DNA of 59,392 nt, from assembly GCA_001938485.1 (NCBI GenBank), contig MQRK01181535.1, positions 1 through 59,392 of the forward strand, given 5' to 3'. Below, piece by piece: positions 13,971 through 28,590 of this stretch. The DNA is from Girardia tigrina (Eukaryota). Numbering within the stretch: the stretch's first letter is position 1; the number at the start of each line of letters is the position of its first letter. The notes below the pieces were generated by a model that was given only the letters and a program-made list of their open reading frames with translations, was not told where the DNA came from and made no database searches. A program made the position numbers and the translations under genes.

Positions 13971-14607
13971 TTGGGTTGAGGAATAAGTTCCCGCTGTTTT
14001 TTGCAAAATTAATATTTTATTTTTTAACAAAATAGTTACTACAAATTAATCACAAATATAATCTCCGCCATTGTTCACGACTTCTTCCCAACGTTCAACG
14101 AGTTTTTCAATGCCACTTTCGTAGAAATCGCCCGGTCTTGACTCGAAGAATTCAGCCAACCAAACTTGCAGTTCTTTATCATTGTTGAAAGAAACACCAC
14201 GCAAAGCGTTAACGGAATTCATTTGGTCGTCCTGAACGAGGTGTATCTTTGAGATCAAAATTGCCAATTTTAAATTTTGCGAACCAATCACGAGCGGTTC
14301 TATCAGCTATAGTACCTTCTCCGTATACAGCACAAAGCTTTCGGGCAGCGTCTGCGGCTTTGGTGCCTTGATTATACGCAAACAATAGATGGTGTCGGAA
14401 ATGCTCCTTTTTGTCGGCTTGACACTCCATTTCAATGGTCTAAAAATCGACAAAAATTAATCTGAATAAAAATACAAAATAAACCATTTTTTAGAGCAAA
14501 ACATTTGCTTTCAAATATAACATATAACATTACATCAAAAAATTTAATTTAAATATTAAATTGATTAAAAATTAAAAAAAACGGCGGGAACTTATTCCTC
14601 AACTTAA
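13971..14607 (-). mobile_element. Internally deleted mariner
   Basis: TA-flanked ~32-bp TIRs (TTGGGTTGAGGAATAAGTTCCCGC). The transposase N-terminus MECQADKKEHFRHHLLF...RSGRP is joined to its C-terminus ..GIEKLVERWEEVVNNGGDY. Confidence 0.92.
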
Positions 14608-15576
14608 TATTTAGTAACTCCAATTGCGAAATGGAGTTTTAAAAATTTTTTGTATGAAAATTTCCATTCTACAAAAGATGTAAAAAACTGTTGTCAAAGT
14701 AGAGTTCTTCCCGTATAAAGAATGGATATGATTTTTTTTTATTTTCTATTTTCGTTAAATGTCTAACAATAATCGATCAATAATTAATATTATTTTAATA
14801 ATGAAGAAATATTTAAAATCTTTAACTCAAAATATTCTCATTATGTCTCACATCTTCCTCAACTGATGCAGAAAGTCTCTCGAAGAAACACTGGGAAAAT
14901 CATGGAAAAAGGAAGTACTCATTTACTTTCAAGAATGAGAGTAATGTTAAATTGTTTTAATAGATTAAAATGACATATTACAGATTTATTGTAAATAAAT
15001 TAAGAAATTAACTGTTTTTTTATAAATTATTAATATTTTAAATTCAATTTTTTAAAAACAATTAAATGATGTTTTCTTTCACTTTAACTACTGTTCGTGA
15101 AAGTCAGGTTATTGCAATTAGGTTATTAAAAAATTATTTTTTTTACGGGTAGGGAAAAATACCAATCAAATTCATTATAAATTCATATGAAAATGAAAAA
15201 ACTCTTTCATCTTACTTTGATCAGTTTTAAATTTTAATTGTATGGTTTTCGTAGGGACAGGTGATAGCATTCAAGCACATAGCAATGCGGCCCCTAATTC
15301 TTCGATAACCGACAGACAACAAAATCAATCATTAATTATCGCCTTAACGAGGACGGGCTATTGATCGCCTTTGGAGATCATTCTTTGACAACTATCGAAA
15401 ATGTATAATTGAACGAAATTTGATTCATAACAAACTGCCAGATTTTCTAATTACTGTCAAAATTCATCTCGTCCAAGACCATTAATATCCATTTGAATAA
15501 CTCTCGAAGAAACGCGTGGCATTCTAACTCACTCTTATCCAGATTTAACTTCATAATGTAGACTAAAATTATTTAA

Positions 15577-15652
15577 CACTTTGAGTGAGACATGAGGCAG
15601 ATGTCTGCGTCATATGAGTATTACATATGAATATCACACCGCACTCAAAGCG
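15577..15652. mobile_element. 76-bp piggyBac-type MITE
   Basis: TTAA|CACTTTGAGTG ... CACTCAAAGCG|TTAA, with an internal palindrome ATGAGGCAGA-TG-TCTGCGTCAT. Confidence 0.7.
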
Positions 15653-16099
15653 TTAAGTGATAATAAAAATCAAATTATTAAGATTTATTGATTCTTATTT
15701 ACAACGTTTTTAGTGGTTTTTTTGCTTACAATCAAAACTCATTATTTAAACAAATAATATAATAATCAAATTGACAATTTATTCTCTTTAAACACAAAGT
15801 TTTTCAAAAAAACTGAGAATATTAATTCGAAAGAGTTTTTTTAATAATTTATAATAATAATAACAATTACTATGTTACAGATATTAAGAACATTGGGAAA
15901 ATTCTTATTTCAATTTTTGTTACTATCACATTTAGAGTCATTACAACTGTCAGAAGATCTTTCACAGTTGGACATCGTTCTAATTGATGATGCTATTTTT
16001 GTATTTAATCATGATTATGCGGCTTTAGGTCAATTGGTCTAAAAAATTGGGTTAAGCAAATAAATTAATCTAACAAAAATTTTGTCTAAAATTAAAGTC

Positions 16100-17050
16100 A
16101 ATGGTTCTTTCGTCCATTGTGTTTCATCTTTACCTCGATACTTGCCACACGATATGAAACTACGTCTATACTTCAGACAGAATTATTAAGTGTTACAAAT
16201 ACAGAAATTCTAGCAAAGTTGCCAGAACGAACAAATATTTTAAAAACAATAAAGAAAGCTCAGAATTTCACTCGTCCAAATTTGTCAAATAATTTAGCTA
16301 GCATTTCTCATAATTTTTAATCTTTATAATTTAACATTTGATTCGGAGTTAATGATGCAAATAGAATTTTAATTTTTTACTCGAATTTAGGCTTAAGATG
16401 TTTAGTTAAGAATAAACAATTATATGCTGATGGATTTTTCAATAACTATAACTATTCTATCAATTATTTACTATACATGAAGATGTTTTTGGATATACTT
16501 TTCTTTGTGTTTATGCACTTTGTGTTCCTAAAACAACAGCAACATATCAATTATTATATTATCATCTAATTTCGGCAGTTCTGAATTTCGTTTGGAGTTT
16601 TTACCCTGAAACAATTATGGTAGATTTTGAGCATGCTTCAATTGCAGCAATCCGAGATACATTGCTTAATACATGCGTTAGAGGATGCCTATTTCATTTA
16701 AATCAATCTCTTTGAACAAAAATTTAGAACAATGTTTTATTGACTAGCTATAGAGATTCGGCAAATTTGACATTGAAAAATACAATAAATGCATTTATAC
16801 CAAAAGAAGACTTGCAAGAAACTTTTAGAATTCTTTCTACTAATGCTTTAATCCAAATAAATAATTTCATTCAATTTTACGGAATTAATTATATAGACTG
16901 CATAAGAGATGGGGATAATTGGATTGAAATTAACCCAAAATTTCCAGTAGTAATATGGAATTGTTATAATTCCACAATCATTCAAGAAAGAAGAACAAAT
17001 AATAGCGTAGAGGGATGACATTCAAAGTTTAATTTATTTTTTCCAACAAT
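16100..17050 (+). mobile_element. MULE transposase pseudogene
   Basis: YADG, QLFTIH, VDFEHA, GCLFHLNQS, WNCY...RTNNSVEG*H motifs with stops and frameshifts. Confidence 0.82.
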
Positions 17051-19170
17051 AATTGAATAAAATAACTATCATAAAATATTCACATAAATTTGAATTTTTG
17101 TAAATCATTAGTTATGAATCACAAATAATTGTTCAAACTTTTTAATTTATTCAATTTCCATTTCAAAGCTTTTTATAATATAAATATAAAAAAATATAAT
17201 CACTAAAGACGTATTTGTATGTTATCTAAAGACGCAGAAAGTTGACGCATTTTGTAATATGCATAATCAACGAGAGGAACTCTATTTAACGACAATAGCT
17301 GTCGCTGGTCACGTACCAATCAATTTTATTCCCCAACAATGATTTCTTTTGATATTTTAAAAATGAACATCGTTGTGAAATCAGAATGGCTATGGTAAAT
17401 CTTATTTTAAAAATCAAACTAAGAAAACAGTTGGTAAGGTATTTTTAAGATAGTTTGAAAAATCAGAGGTTTGTTTCTGCTAAAGTTTCTAAGAAAGAAA
17501 TTGAAGTAACATTAGATATTAATAATATGTCTAAATATTGCTTAATTAAAATATTACTTAATCTTATTCTGAAGGATTTCAAAACTTTAAAGTGCATAGT
17601 TAAAAGCAACTAACAATGAATTAAATGTAAAAATTACATTTTGATCTCACAAAATTCAAAATATGTTCAGTAATAAATCTATTACACCTTTAACACTTTG
17701 TTCTGATATTGTTTATAAATATTAATGTGATGTGTGAGTTGCCACACATATTGGAGATCTCTGATAACGAATTTAAGAACATGGTCGAAAAGAGGGTTAG
17801 ATTAGTATTACAGAACATATGACAAAATGTAAATGTGATATTATTATGGGTAATTTCATGATTCTATGTGTTGGGTATTTAACTTAAATTTAAATATTTA
17901 CTTTTTAATGCACAATTCTTTTATCTGACTCCAATTTATCAGTATGATCTTCCAACATAATTTATTTTATAAATCTTTATTTTCAATAACACAAAATATC
18001 ACACAGTTTTATAATGTTCCAATCTTTATTACAAACTGTTAGGAGCTTTGTTGAATTCATAAAAATTTTGAATTTTCAATCTAATCAAATTAATAATTAA
18101 ATAATTACATTTCGTAAAATAGTGTTATATATATGTTAAAATAAGATTTTCCGAATTTAATGTAAAAATTAATTTATGTAAAAAAAATAAATTTTACGGT
18201 AGATTTATTAAAAGATTTATTCAAAAATTTATTATAAAGTAATAAGGTAAATTTTAATTTTGATGGAAATATTAAATTGAAGTATAATAAAATGGAGTTT
18301 AATATTTCATTTTTGAAATTAAAATAAACTAAACTATTATTTTGTAACTTTTATTTAAAGATAATTTAAAAACGATTAAATCGAAGAAAATTAAAATGCG
18401 ATTTTAATTTTACTTTTGGAAAATGTGATTTTATCGAAATGTAATTTCGAAACGATAAAATTAAAATTAAAATAAAATGAAAATTTAATAAAAAAACGAA
18501 ATCAAATTTTTGTGACAAAATTTATAATTTTAACAAAAGACAAGTATAAAATTTAATTTTTAATAAAAGAAATAATAATATCTTTATCTATATCTAAAAA
18601 AAGAAAGGGCTTAGGTTCCTCGAAAATATTTGTTTAAAAAACTTTATTTGTGATAGAAATAAATTTTAGTGACATCAGATTAAATTTTGAATCCGAACCC
18701 AATACAAGCAAAACGTATTCACACTGAAATAATTGATGTGAGTTATCAGATCCCAGTTTATTAATACCAAAACTGTAAATCCTTAAAAATGAACGATAAC
18801 CATTTTTCAGAAAGTTGAAATGAATCTTCTCCTATACAAGATACTGGGTTCAATTTAGAACTTTCAGTAGAATAAAAAGATCAAATTAACAAAATAAACT
18901 CTACTCCTACATATAAACTCTAACATGCCTCCTTGATTGCTTTATTTTAATTAGAAAATTTTTAATGGGGTAATTTTGATTGAATTCATTTTTGTTTAAA
19001 TAGTAATTTTTGATAACCTTGAGAATTGATGTAATAAAACGAATATCAAAATATTTACAGATTTAAATCAAAATTTATTAATATAATTATTATACTAACC
19101 GCAATTGATAATTTTCATTAAGGAATTATTTTCAATTTTTTCTATAACAATTTCAGTTAAAAGTTTAATA

Positions 19171-21002
19171 CAGTCAAACCTGTTCAATATGAACACCAGC
19201 GTTCCAACTTTTTTAAGTGTTCATATTAAAAAATAAAATGAACACCTATATTAATAAAATATAATAGGAACATTTATTTACATAAGAATAGTAAAGATGT
19301 GATTATTTGAATATTTATTAAAATATCAATTTTTTTGGCGCATATTAAAGTCTGTAATTTTCAATTGTCTGGATGCTTTTTCTCCTTGAATTTCATCAAT
19401 CAAATCCCATCTTTTATTCATCTTATCAGGAATATGGACATGAAAGTATTTTTCAAGTTTTTTTGTATACTGTTATGCTTCAAATCCTGTTATTACTGTA
19501 TTTTCCTCTACATCTTCAACAATATTATCGTTTGATTCTTCTTTTTCAGAACATTCATTTTCATACTTTTCCACTAAATAATATAAGATATTTTCATGAC
19601 TTTTTAGATTAACCTCAAAACATGGAAATTATTTTTCGTAATCACTTGTTTAACACATGTATTTTGGAAAGACTTGGTAAAACAATTACAGATTGTTTTA
19701 CATTATTTCATGATTTAAAAATCCAAACCATTGATTGATACAAATCAGTTTTCTCGCACCATGTCTCTAGTGTAACATTATTATCTAAATTGAAATTCAG
19801 TGACATGCTCAAAGATTTCTTATAATAATCTTTAAAACTTTAAATAATACTTTGATCAAGAGGTTGTATAAGAGATAGTGTGTTTGGTGGGAAAAAATAA
19901 TTCGATATTGCTTAATTCAAAGTTTTTTGGATGAATGGGTGTGTTATCTAATAATAATAAAATTTTCCGTTCTTCAGCTGATATCTTAGTGTTTAAATTT
20001 TTTAACCAATCTTGAAAAATTGTTAACGTCATCCAAGATTTTTTATTCCAACGATAATGAACAGGTAATTTATCTATATCGAAGTTTTTAAAAAACAACG
20101 AGGTTTTTTTCGACTTGCCTGTCATTAAAGGTTTCAGCTTTTTCCCAAACATATTTACTCCTAAGACCATAACAATTCGATCTTTGGAAAACTTACCATT
20201 TGCTTTGTTTTCTTTAGAAATCTGCTTAATGTTCTGCTTAATGAATTTTTCCAGAACTGTTTCGTCACAATTATAAACGTTAATATGTTCAAATTCTTTT
20301 AATTTTTCTATATACAATTTCTTAAAATTAAGAATTTAGCTTTCATCTACACTGTAGATTTTACAGTTTTAGACTCCCAAATTTCTTTTTAATGATATGC
20401 CTAGAAATAAAAGAATTAAGCCAATAATTTAATGATTTAAAATAATGAAGTGCTTTGTTAATTCTAATTCTTTATATTGTCAAATTTCACCAGACATTAA
20501 TATTTCTTGTTCTTTGGATCTGAAACAATTCATACAGGATTGTATCAATTTGATTTCCACTGCGTAAATGTGTTTTCCTTTTTTTAAATATTCAAATTGG
20601 AATTTAAAATGGAGTCTTTCAATTTCATAAGACTATTTATACAACCTAATGAAAAATTGTATTTTGATGAGAGAAACCGTTGAAAAGAATTTTAATCTTC
20701 CACTGAATAATTTTAACAACTTCCGTTTCTCTTCAATAGTTAAATTCTGGCTTTTTCGTTTTGAATTTGTAATTTTCATGTTCCTAATAGGCAGATTATA
20801 AATGAATATTTAAACAATAATTTGATTTATAATATTTTTTTGTTTATTTTACACTAATTAAATTGTTTTTTATTGTTCATTGTTCAAAATAAACAGTGTT
20901 CGTATTATAAAATGCTCTTTCCTATTAAAACCATATGATTGTTACAAATTTTTAACTTGGATGTTCATATTAGAGTAAGTTCATATTGAATAGGGTTGAC
21001 TG
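19171..21002 (-). mobile_element. pogo/Tigger-like DNA transposon, degenerate
   Basis: TIRs CAGTCAAACCTGTTCAATATGAAC / GTTCATATTGAATAGGGTTGACTG. Transposase motifs YNCDET, KKSWMT, LLLLDN..H, QPLDQ. Confidence 0.9.
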
Positions 21003-21279
21003 TTAATATTTTCGGAACCCCAATATATGTAAGCTTTTTGACAGTTATTTAATAGGGCCATGTAAAGCATTGTTAATTAGGTCACGTTACTCTAAAATCA
21101 TATATATATATCCAAATGTCAAATCCAAAACAATCCGAAATCTCATCGATGCAATTTTACTGAAATGTCTGACCAAATGGAAATCTGAGAGAACGTTGTG
21201 TTCTCTCAACTGTACCAGGTTTGACACTGGTGACACTCAGTAAATTAACACATTTGGCCAATGCAAAACAAATAAAGTT

Positions 21280-21684
21280 TTATAAAAGTATATGATGGTG
21301 CAAGAGCGGGGCCAGCGATTTTGTGGCTGCGGCACGCCGGCGATGGGGAGCAAGCATCCGGTCGTGGGTCACATTTAAAATTTGCACCTCAAGACTCGGG
21401 TTGATGACGATTGTGAGAATGGCCTTGATGATCTGCAGCTGCACGGCGTCCCCGGAATGGCCGTCCTGAAAGGCGTTACAGATGAACACGATGATCTTAT
21501 CGATGAGTCTTTCATTGGAGAAGTCGCGATAGAGTGCCGAGTTCGAGATGTGACCGTACTCATTCAGTTTCTGGAGACAGTCGAGTGCGATCACGATAAT
21601 GCTCTGAATTTCATTCTCCAAACTCGCAATGCTCGGCATTTGAGAATTTTGTTTAATATTAAGTTTCAGAGTGACTGATTTCAT
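21280..21684 (-). pseudogene. Orphan 5' fragment of a BIG1/BIG2-type (Sec7 family) ARF-GEF, N-terminal DCB region
   Basis: IALDCLQKLNEYGHI...RLIDKIIVFICNAFQDGHSGDAVQLQIIKAILTIV matches the BIG N-terminal motif SLDCLQKLIAYGH...RLIDRIVETIC.CF.G...DEGVQLQIIKALLT (recalled, not searched). Homology stops at about 21385. No further exons seen. GC-rich relative to flanks. Confidence 0.8.
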
Positions 21685-22409
21685 TTTTGAGAAAAATTTA
21701 TCGATGAGAAAAAAACCAAACGACCAGTAAAAAATTCAAATTTGCCAAATTTTTATTTATTTACACCACACAAATTCAATTGCGACTCTCTAGCATTTAA
21801 ATTAAATAAAACCTTGCGCCGATAATAAGTAAATTAATACATTAAAACAACTCGACTGTTTTTTCTAACTGCAAAAAACTAATAATCAAAATTCGAGTCA
21901 CCAACAAGATCACTCAGAATCGTCGACTTTGAGGCTCCCAATTGGTATTTCTCGATAGACTGAGATTTTGAGATTCGAGATGATTTCTTTTTTTTAATGA
22001 GAGATAATTGATTTCTGATCGATTTATTTGTATTTTTTTATTAATTTTTTTATTTAAATTAAAACCCATCGCGAAACAGTATATATGAATAATAAATTAA
22101 ACAATATTCTGTAGAATGACTACCTAGATTTCAACAAAAACAATTTTAATTAGGAAACAATAATCCAAAGGTGATATAATTATTTACAAAATGTAAGTAT
22201 TAAAAAATGGTACCGTTGAATCACTAGTTGGTCAAGTCATTCTCGATAATTAACGGGATCACACGGTATCGTTGAATCACTAATTGAGTAATTGAGTAAA
22301 AAAATTAAATAATATTTTTTAATTTAATAATTTAAAATAATTTACTAAAATTAAAAAATTGGAACTTTAAAAATAAAATCTGAAAATAATTAAACATTTG
22401 TTTTTTTTG

Positions 22410-22837
22410 ACCAAAGGTTCTTGATCATTGGATATGTTGTAAGGATAGAACCTCATCCATTTCAAAAGATGAGTTTTCTGTTCTACAAAAGGGATTCGAT
22501 TTACATTACGAACGACAGTTTTGTGAATCTCTACTACAACCCATAAATTAACATTCAGAATGGGCAAAGTAAGGTTATTTCAATACATAAAATTTTTAAT
22601 TAAAATATTCTTTTTGCCATTATTACCCAATAATACTTTGATACATATTAATAATAATTAATTTTTTGGTTACCTTTTAAAGTAAAATATATCTATCTAT
22701 TAAATATTAAAATTGTATTATTCAAACAATTAAATATTCATATACTAAACATCCAAAAATTGCTGATGATGATGTATGTAAACATCGAAACATGTCCAAT
22801 AATTATATAAAAAAAGCTTTAATCAAATTATATTTTC
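22410..22837 (+). mobile_element. Penelope family A pLTR fragment
   Basis: Close match to 440-857. Confidence 0.85.
22759..22800 (+). ncRNA. Minimal hammerhead ribozyme, intact
   Basis: ATTG CTGATGA T GATGT ATGTAA ACATC GAAA CATGTC^CAAT. GUC cleavage triplet, palindromic stem III ACATGT. Confidence 0.85.
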
Positions 22838-23615
22838 NNNNNNNNNNNNNNNNNNNNNNNNNNNNNNNNNNNNNNNNNNNNNNNNNNNNNNNNNNNNNNN
22901 NNNNNNNNNNNNNNNNNNNNNNNNNNNNNNNNNNNNNNNNNATATATATATATATATATATATGCTTCTTTTTAATTGTAGGATGCGATTTGTTACTAGA
23001 AAGGAATGCTGGAGTTTAACTCAATTGAATTGAGGCTTTTAAAGCCAAATATGTTCAAATGTATGCAAATATCAATTTTTATGTGAGAAAAGCTCTGGAA
23101 ATGAAACAAATGGATTCAGGAAATGGTTGAAAGAATAAATAAAACTGATGTCGAATTTTTGTTAGTTAAATTCGGCTGTCTAAAAGAAAATAGATTTTAA
23201 TTAAAGTTAATTAAACATCAATTTATATTTTCCTACTTAATTAATTTAATTTAATTATTCATCAGGAAATAATTTTAATTTGATTTTAACAGAAATCATT
23301 CAATAAATTCTAATTTAATCAATTTACTTTTGTTTGATTATTTGTCTTGCTAACAAGTAACTTATATATAATTGATGGATAATTTTAGGTAGTTCTGTTA
23401 ATTATGTTCAAACGTCTCTTTCAATTGTAAATGTTAAGACCATTGAAACCTTCCAATGTGTTGATAATATAAAGATGAGAGCAAATAATGCAAAGAATTG
23501 TGAAATGTGAATCTTTCGGTAATATTTGCTCAATTTATCAAATACTTCACAAGAAAGTTTGCTTCTCTAAAACGCATTTCAATTACTTCGTTCACAACAT
23601 TTTATCATATATACG

Positions 23616-26600
23616 ATGGGCGTATTTTATTGCTGCTGCTGTTCATTTCTGGTTATAATAAATGTAGTTTACACAGTAGGTTTTCGTAGAAGAATTGCAA
23701 AATTTAATCTCCACCTTTTTACAGATCATCGGTTTAGCTCTCTTAATAGCCGGGATTGTTGGGGCGGTCGCAAAGAATCAAATGAAAGTGTTTTTGGAAA
23801 AAATATTAATTAATTTGAAGAAAGCAGATCTAATAATGGAACCCGATAAATTAGCAGATTTTATCATTAAATCTTTAAGTAAGCATATCTTATATTATTA
23901 TAAAAATATAACATGAAATATAAAAAAAAATATAAAAATAAATATTACGTATATTCACAATTTTGGTTTATTAGAAAGATTTCCAGTAAGAAAAATATGG
24001 TTTTTAATTTTCAATTCTTTAATGAAAAACTTCATGTTTTTAATGAATACTTGAACCAAATTTTGGCAAATAAAGTATGTAAAATTCAGTACAATATTGT
24101 TCATTCTTGTATGTTTCAAAATATGATACCGAATCATATAGATAAGACTGGAATAAGGAAAGAAGGTGCTTATTTTGATAAACATTTTGTGAACCTTCCT
24201 TGGTATTATGATAATGATTTTAAATTTGTTTTTTATAACTAAATTCTATAACCTCAATTTAGGTAGGGACCACAAAAAATATTAAGGCTAACTTATAAAT
24301 AATTTAATAAATAAGATTTTTTTAGTAAAAATATGTATTAACAAATAACAATTGGTAATTGAGAATCAAAGAAGATATACAGGGGTGGCCATAAGTCGCT
24401 TTACCCAGTTTTAATAATAATAAACACAAATTTCTAAATGATACAACTTTTATTTAATCAGCGTACAATAATAATTTCAAAACAAAAACTTGAAAACAAT
24501 TAAATCTTATCTTCAAAGTGTTGTCCTTCAGATTTAATACACAACTGGATTCTTCTCTGAACAGAGTGACAGATTCGTCGGCACAAGTCTTTATCGTTGT
24601 TCAAGGCTGCAAATTCTTTAGTAATTCTTTCCTTCAATTTGGATATGGTTAGAACATTTTGTGAGTAAATGCGTTCCTTCAGGATACCCCACATTGAATA
24701 ATCACAAGGTGCAGGTCCGGTGATCGTGGAGGCCATTCAGTGGTTCCTCTCCTACCAATCCAGATTTCAAAAGTGTTATCCAAAAAGTCGCGTGCATTTC
24801 TACCATAATGAGGGGGAGCACCGTCTTGCATCCAAACGTCGTTATCTGTGTTAAACTGAGGCACGGCAAAATCACGCAGCATGTCGAGATATAGCTGAGA
24901 ATTGACCGTTCCATCAAAGAAGTATGGACCCAGCACACCAGTTGAACGTATTCCCCCTACACACAAATTTCTGGAGAAAGATTGTTGGTCTCCCATACCA
25001 GATAAGGATTCTCAGTGGAGTAGTACACGGCATTATGCAAATTAACGTGACCATTCAACTTAAATGAAGTTTCTTCGGTCCACAATATTCTATCCCTGAT
25101 GTCAATGTTCTCATGGAGTTGTTGCTGCAACCATTCGCAAAATTATATGCGCCTGACATAATCGTCATCATTCATTTGATGGAGCAAACGAGGTCGCCAA
25201 ACTTTCAACTCAATGTCCTTCATTATTCTACGTAAACTTGTGCGTGGTATATGCAACTGCAAACTTGCACGAACTGCAGATGTTGATGGCGCATTCTGAT
25301 AGAAAGTTCTAACATTTTCTTCATTTTCATCGGTATTCATATTTTTATGGCGCCCACTTCTTTTCTTGTCGGTTACAGAGCCGGTCTCGTGAAACTTTTT
25401 AGCCAAAACATGCATTGATTGTCGTGGTGGAGGAGCGTCATTAGGATACTCTTTTGTAAATGCTGCAGCTGCAGCTCTTGAATTTCTATCATGCTTTATC
25501 CACTGTTTCACTATAAAAATTCGTTGCTGAAGTGTTAATTGTCGTGCCATGCCAATATTGCCAACAAAAATGAACAAAATGAAATAATTTTAAAAATTTT
25601 TAAATAAATAATTATTAAAACAAACAATTTTATCTGGTTTTTGTTTATAAATCATTTAGAATTTTGTGTTTATTATTATTAAAACTTGGTAAAGCGACTT
25701 ATGGCCACCACTGTAGAAGTAAACACTTTTTATGATATTATTTTTGGTTTGAATCACGATGTTGCAATTGATAAATGAGCGATTTAGGAATAATATGAGG
25801 GTCGATTAATGAACTGAAGATAATATGGTAAATCTAGAAAAAGTCTCATGAGGTTTGTGAGAACATTTGAGTCTAATGATTATTTACAATTTAAAATTTG
25901 AAATTTCTTTATTCTTTAGATATCGCTTGCAACAGTTTCCAAATTTGAGCTTCCATCGACCAAAGCCAAAATTTCAATTCTATTTTATCTTTTTATTAAT
26001 TCTGATAGATCGCTCATAGCGACATTGCTTTTTTTAATTTATATTTTTAAATTTAAATTTTAATATTAATATTATATTTATAAAATATCCAAAAAATTTG
26101 TTATGTCTTCTTTAGTTACCCGATAAATTAAAATATTTGAATGTCAAAATGATTAAATAAGTCTTCACGAGAATTGAACTTATAAAACCTTTGATGGTAA
26201 GGTATAGATTTTACATGTAATAATTTACGCTATTGTAAAGTGAAGAGCAAAGTAATTATTGAGCTTAGGTTAATTGACCTTTTTCTTTTCAATCAGAAAA
26301 TTTTCTACTTTAGACTCATGAAAGAACATGACAAATAAACATTTATATAAGAAAGTAAATAGGGCTTGATACTTGTATCATTAAGTTTTGTCATTTGAAT
26401 ATATTCAGAGAATGCTAGATTTATACAATGATTTTTTTAGAATTTCATTTACATATGTCACAACTACATGTCATGATATAATTGAAAGTCAATCTTCATT
26501 TGTGATACTCTTCTTTTAACCTTTAATTTTCCATCTAGTGAACCTCATATCCTATAAAGTTATTAGGCCCGAGGCTTTTTAGGAGGTCTTAATCTGACTC

Positions 26601-28534
26601 CGCTTATGCATGATACTGCGCCGCTGGACAACCAACCTCATCGCATTAGTGGTCATCAGGATAGATTCAACGAGATTCCTTGCAATGCTTTTTCACTATC
26701 AACTACAGGATCACGACTACCCACAGCCTTCACACCCAGATTCGGAAAGCTAAAGTCTCGTAATTGGATTACCAGCTCACTTATGCTGTCGGAACAGATA
26801 TTGGCTAGCTTATCAGACATTTTGGTCTAGAGACGGACTTTATTCTAGTTACCTAGAAAATCTACCAAATTTAGTTTCCCATGGAAACTACGTAAAATTA
26901 TGTCTTCCTGCCTTGCACAGTTGATCCCTGAAAGCCAATTCAATTTAGTACTCTTTCGTTCACGATACGTAAGTAATATACATGATCATAAAAATAATTA
27001 TTTGGACAGAAAACTTTATTATCCAGATATTTTAGATTGACAAAAATAATTTTCACAGCAGTTGTAAATCTTGGGCGGTATTTGTTCATGATAATATAAT
27101 ATTATTTTTACCAAACTTTTTTTATATAAATACAAAAGATATGTGAATTTTAATATAGATAAATAATGTCAATACACAAGTGTTTGGCTCAAGTAAAGTT
27201 CTCTACATAAATGTAACAATAACATATTTTTTGATAACGTATTATTGTCTTTCTTTTCTCATTCTTTATATTTTATGGTATTTATTGGATTTAAAGTTTT
27301 ATCTCATGGATTCTTTGTTTTGGTTTTTGAAAGAAAATAAAGTTTATTAAAATAATTTCGCACCTAGAATACAAAAGACAATATTATTAGAAATGTAAAT
27401 TATATTATATATTATATTGCATTATATTTTTTATTATTTTCTAGGTTCAGCGCACATTGGTCTTATTATTGTGGGATGTATTATATTTGTATTGTCGATA
27501 ATTGGAATAAGTTCAGTTTGTAAAAAAGTCAAAGTCCTTATTATTATTGTAAGTTATTATTTTGTAATTAAATTGTACAAAAAGTTACGAAATAGTAAAC
27601 AATGTTTTTCCAGCTACATGTTTTGAAAGTTTTTCTCAAATAAAAGTGTTTAACAATGATCTTGTTGATCTTATTTTCTTGTCGTTAGAAACCTTATAAT
27701 CTCAACTATTGTAAATTGTAAATAAAATACACCCTAAAAGTTGAACGGTCTTTAATTTTTATATATAAATAAAAACAATAACAATTATAATAAAAATAGT
27801 TCCAGTTGGTCATTATAGATATTCTTATATTGTTTATTTAATTTTCGTTGTATTTTGAAATGCGCTAGGCAATGAGTTGTACTATAGATAAATTACTTTT
27901 AATGCTATCTTATTTGTCGTATTTTCAGGATTTGTCTGTTGGAATGCTGAAGCTTGTAAAGACGGTGATTACAGAGATTGGGAATGTTCTCAATTGTTTG
28001 TTACTTTATATGTAGCATGTTGTATGTTGATTCGGATTGTGCCTGTCCTATACAGATGGATGATTGGTATTTTCTGTGATTCTTTCTAATTAAAAATAAT
28101 GTAATTTAATTTTAAAGTAAAAAGATTTAAAATAACTTTTGAATGTATTATTTATTTTTTAATGTAATTTAAAATTTTAATATATTAATTTAATATGTTC
28201 TTTTTTAAAAAAAATGTTTAGATTTAATTTCAACCAATTAGATTCTTTATAATTAATAATTTTTTATTAACAGATTTTCATTAATTGAAAATAATTAGTT
28301 TGAACTCAGAAATATATTGATCAAGAGAGATGTCAAATAGTGAATGCGCTTGTGATATTAATAAATGTTGCAAACTCATATTGATGTTGTTAATAGTGGT
28401 AAAATAGACAACATTATTAAACATCTTACAAAAAACCAAAAGAATTTTAATCACAATTAGTAATGTTTGAATTTTGTTTATTAAAAATAAAAAAATAGCA
28501 GACTTTAGAAAATATTGGTAATTCGAAATAATAA

Positions 28535-28590
<56 letters not shown>

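Noticed and set aside
21382-21678. + strand 98-aa ORF
   Set aside because: It is the antisense shadow of the GC-rich ARF-GEF fragment.
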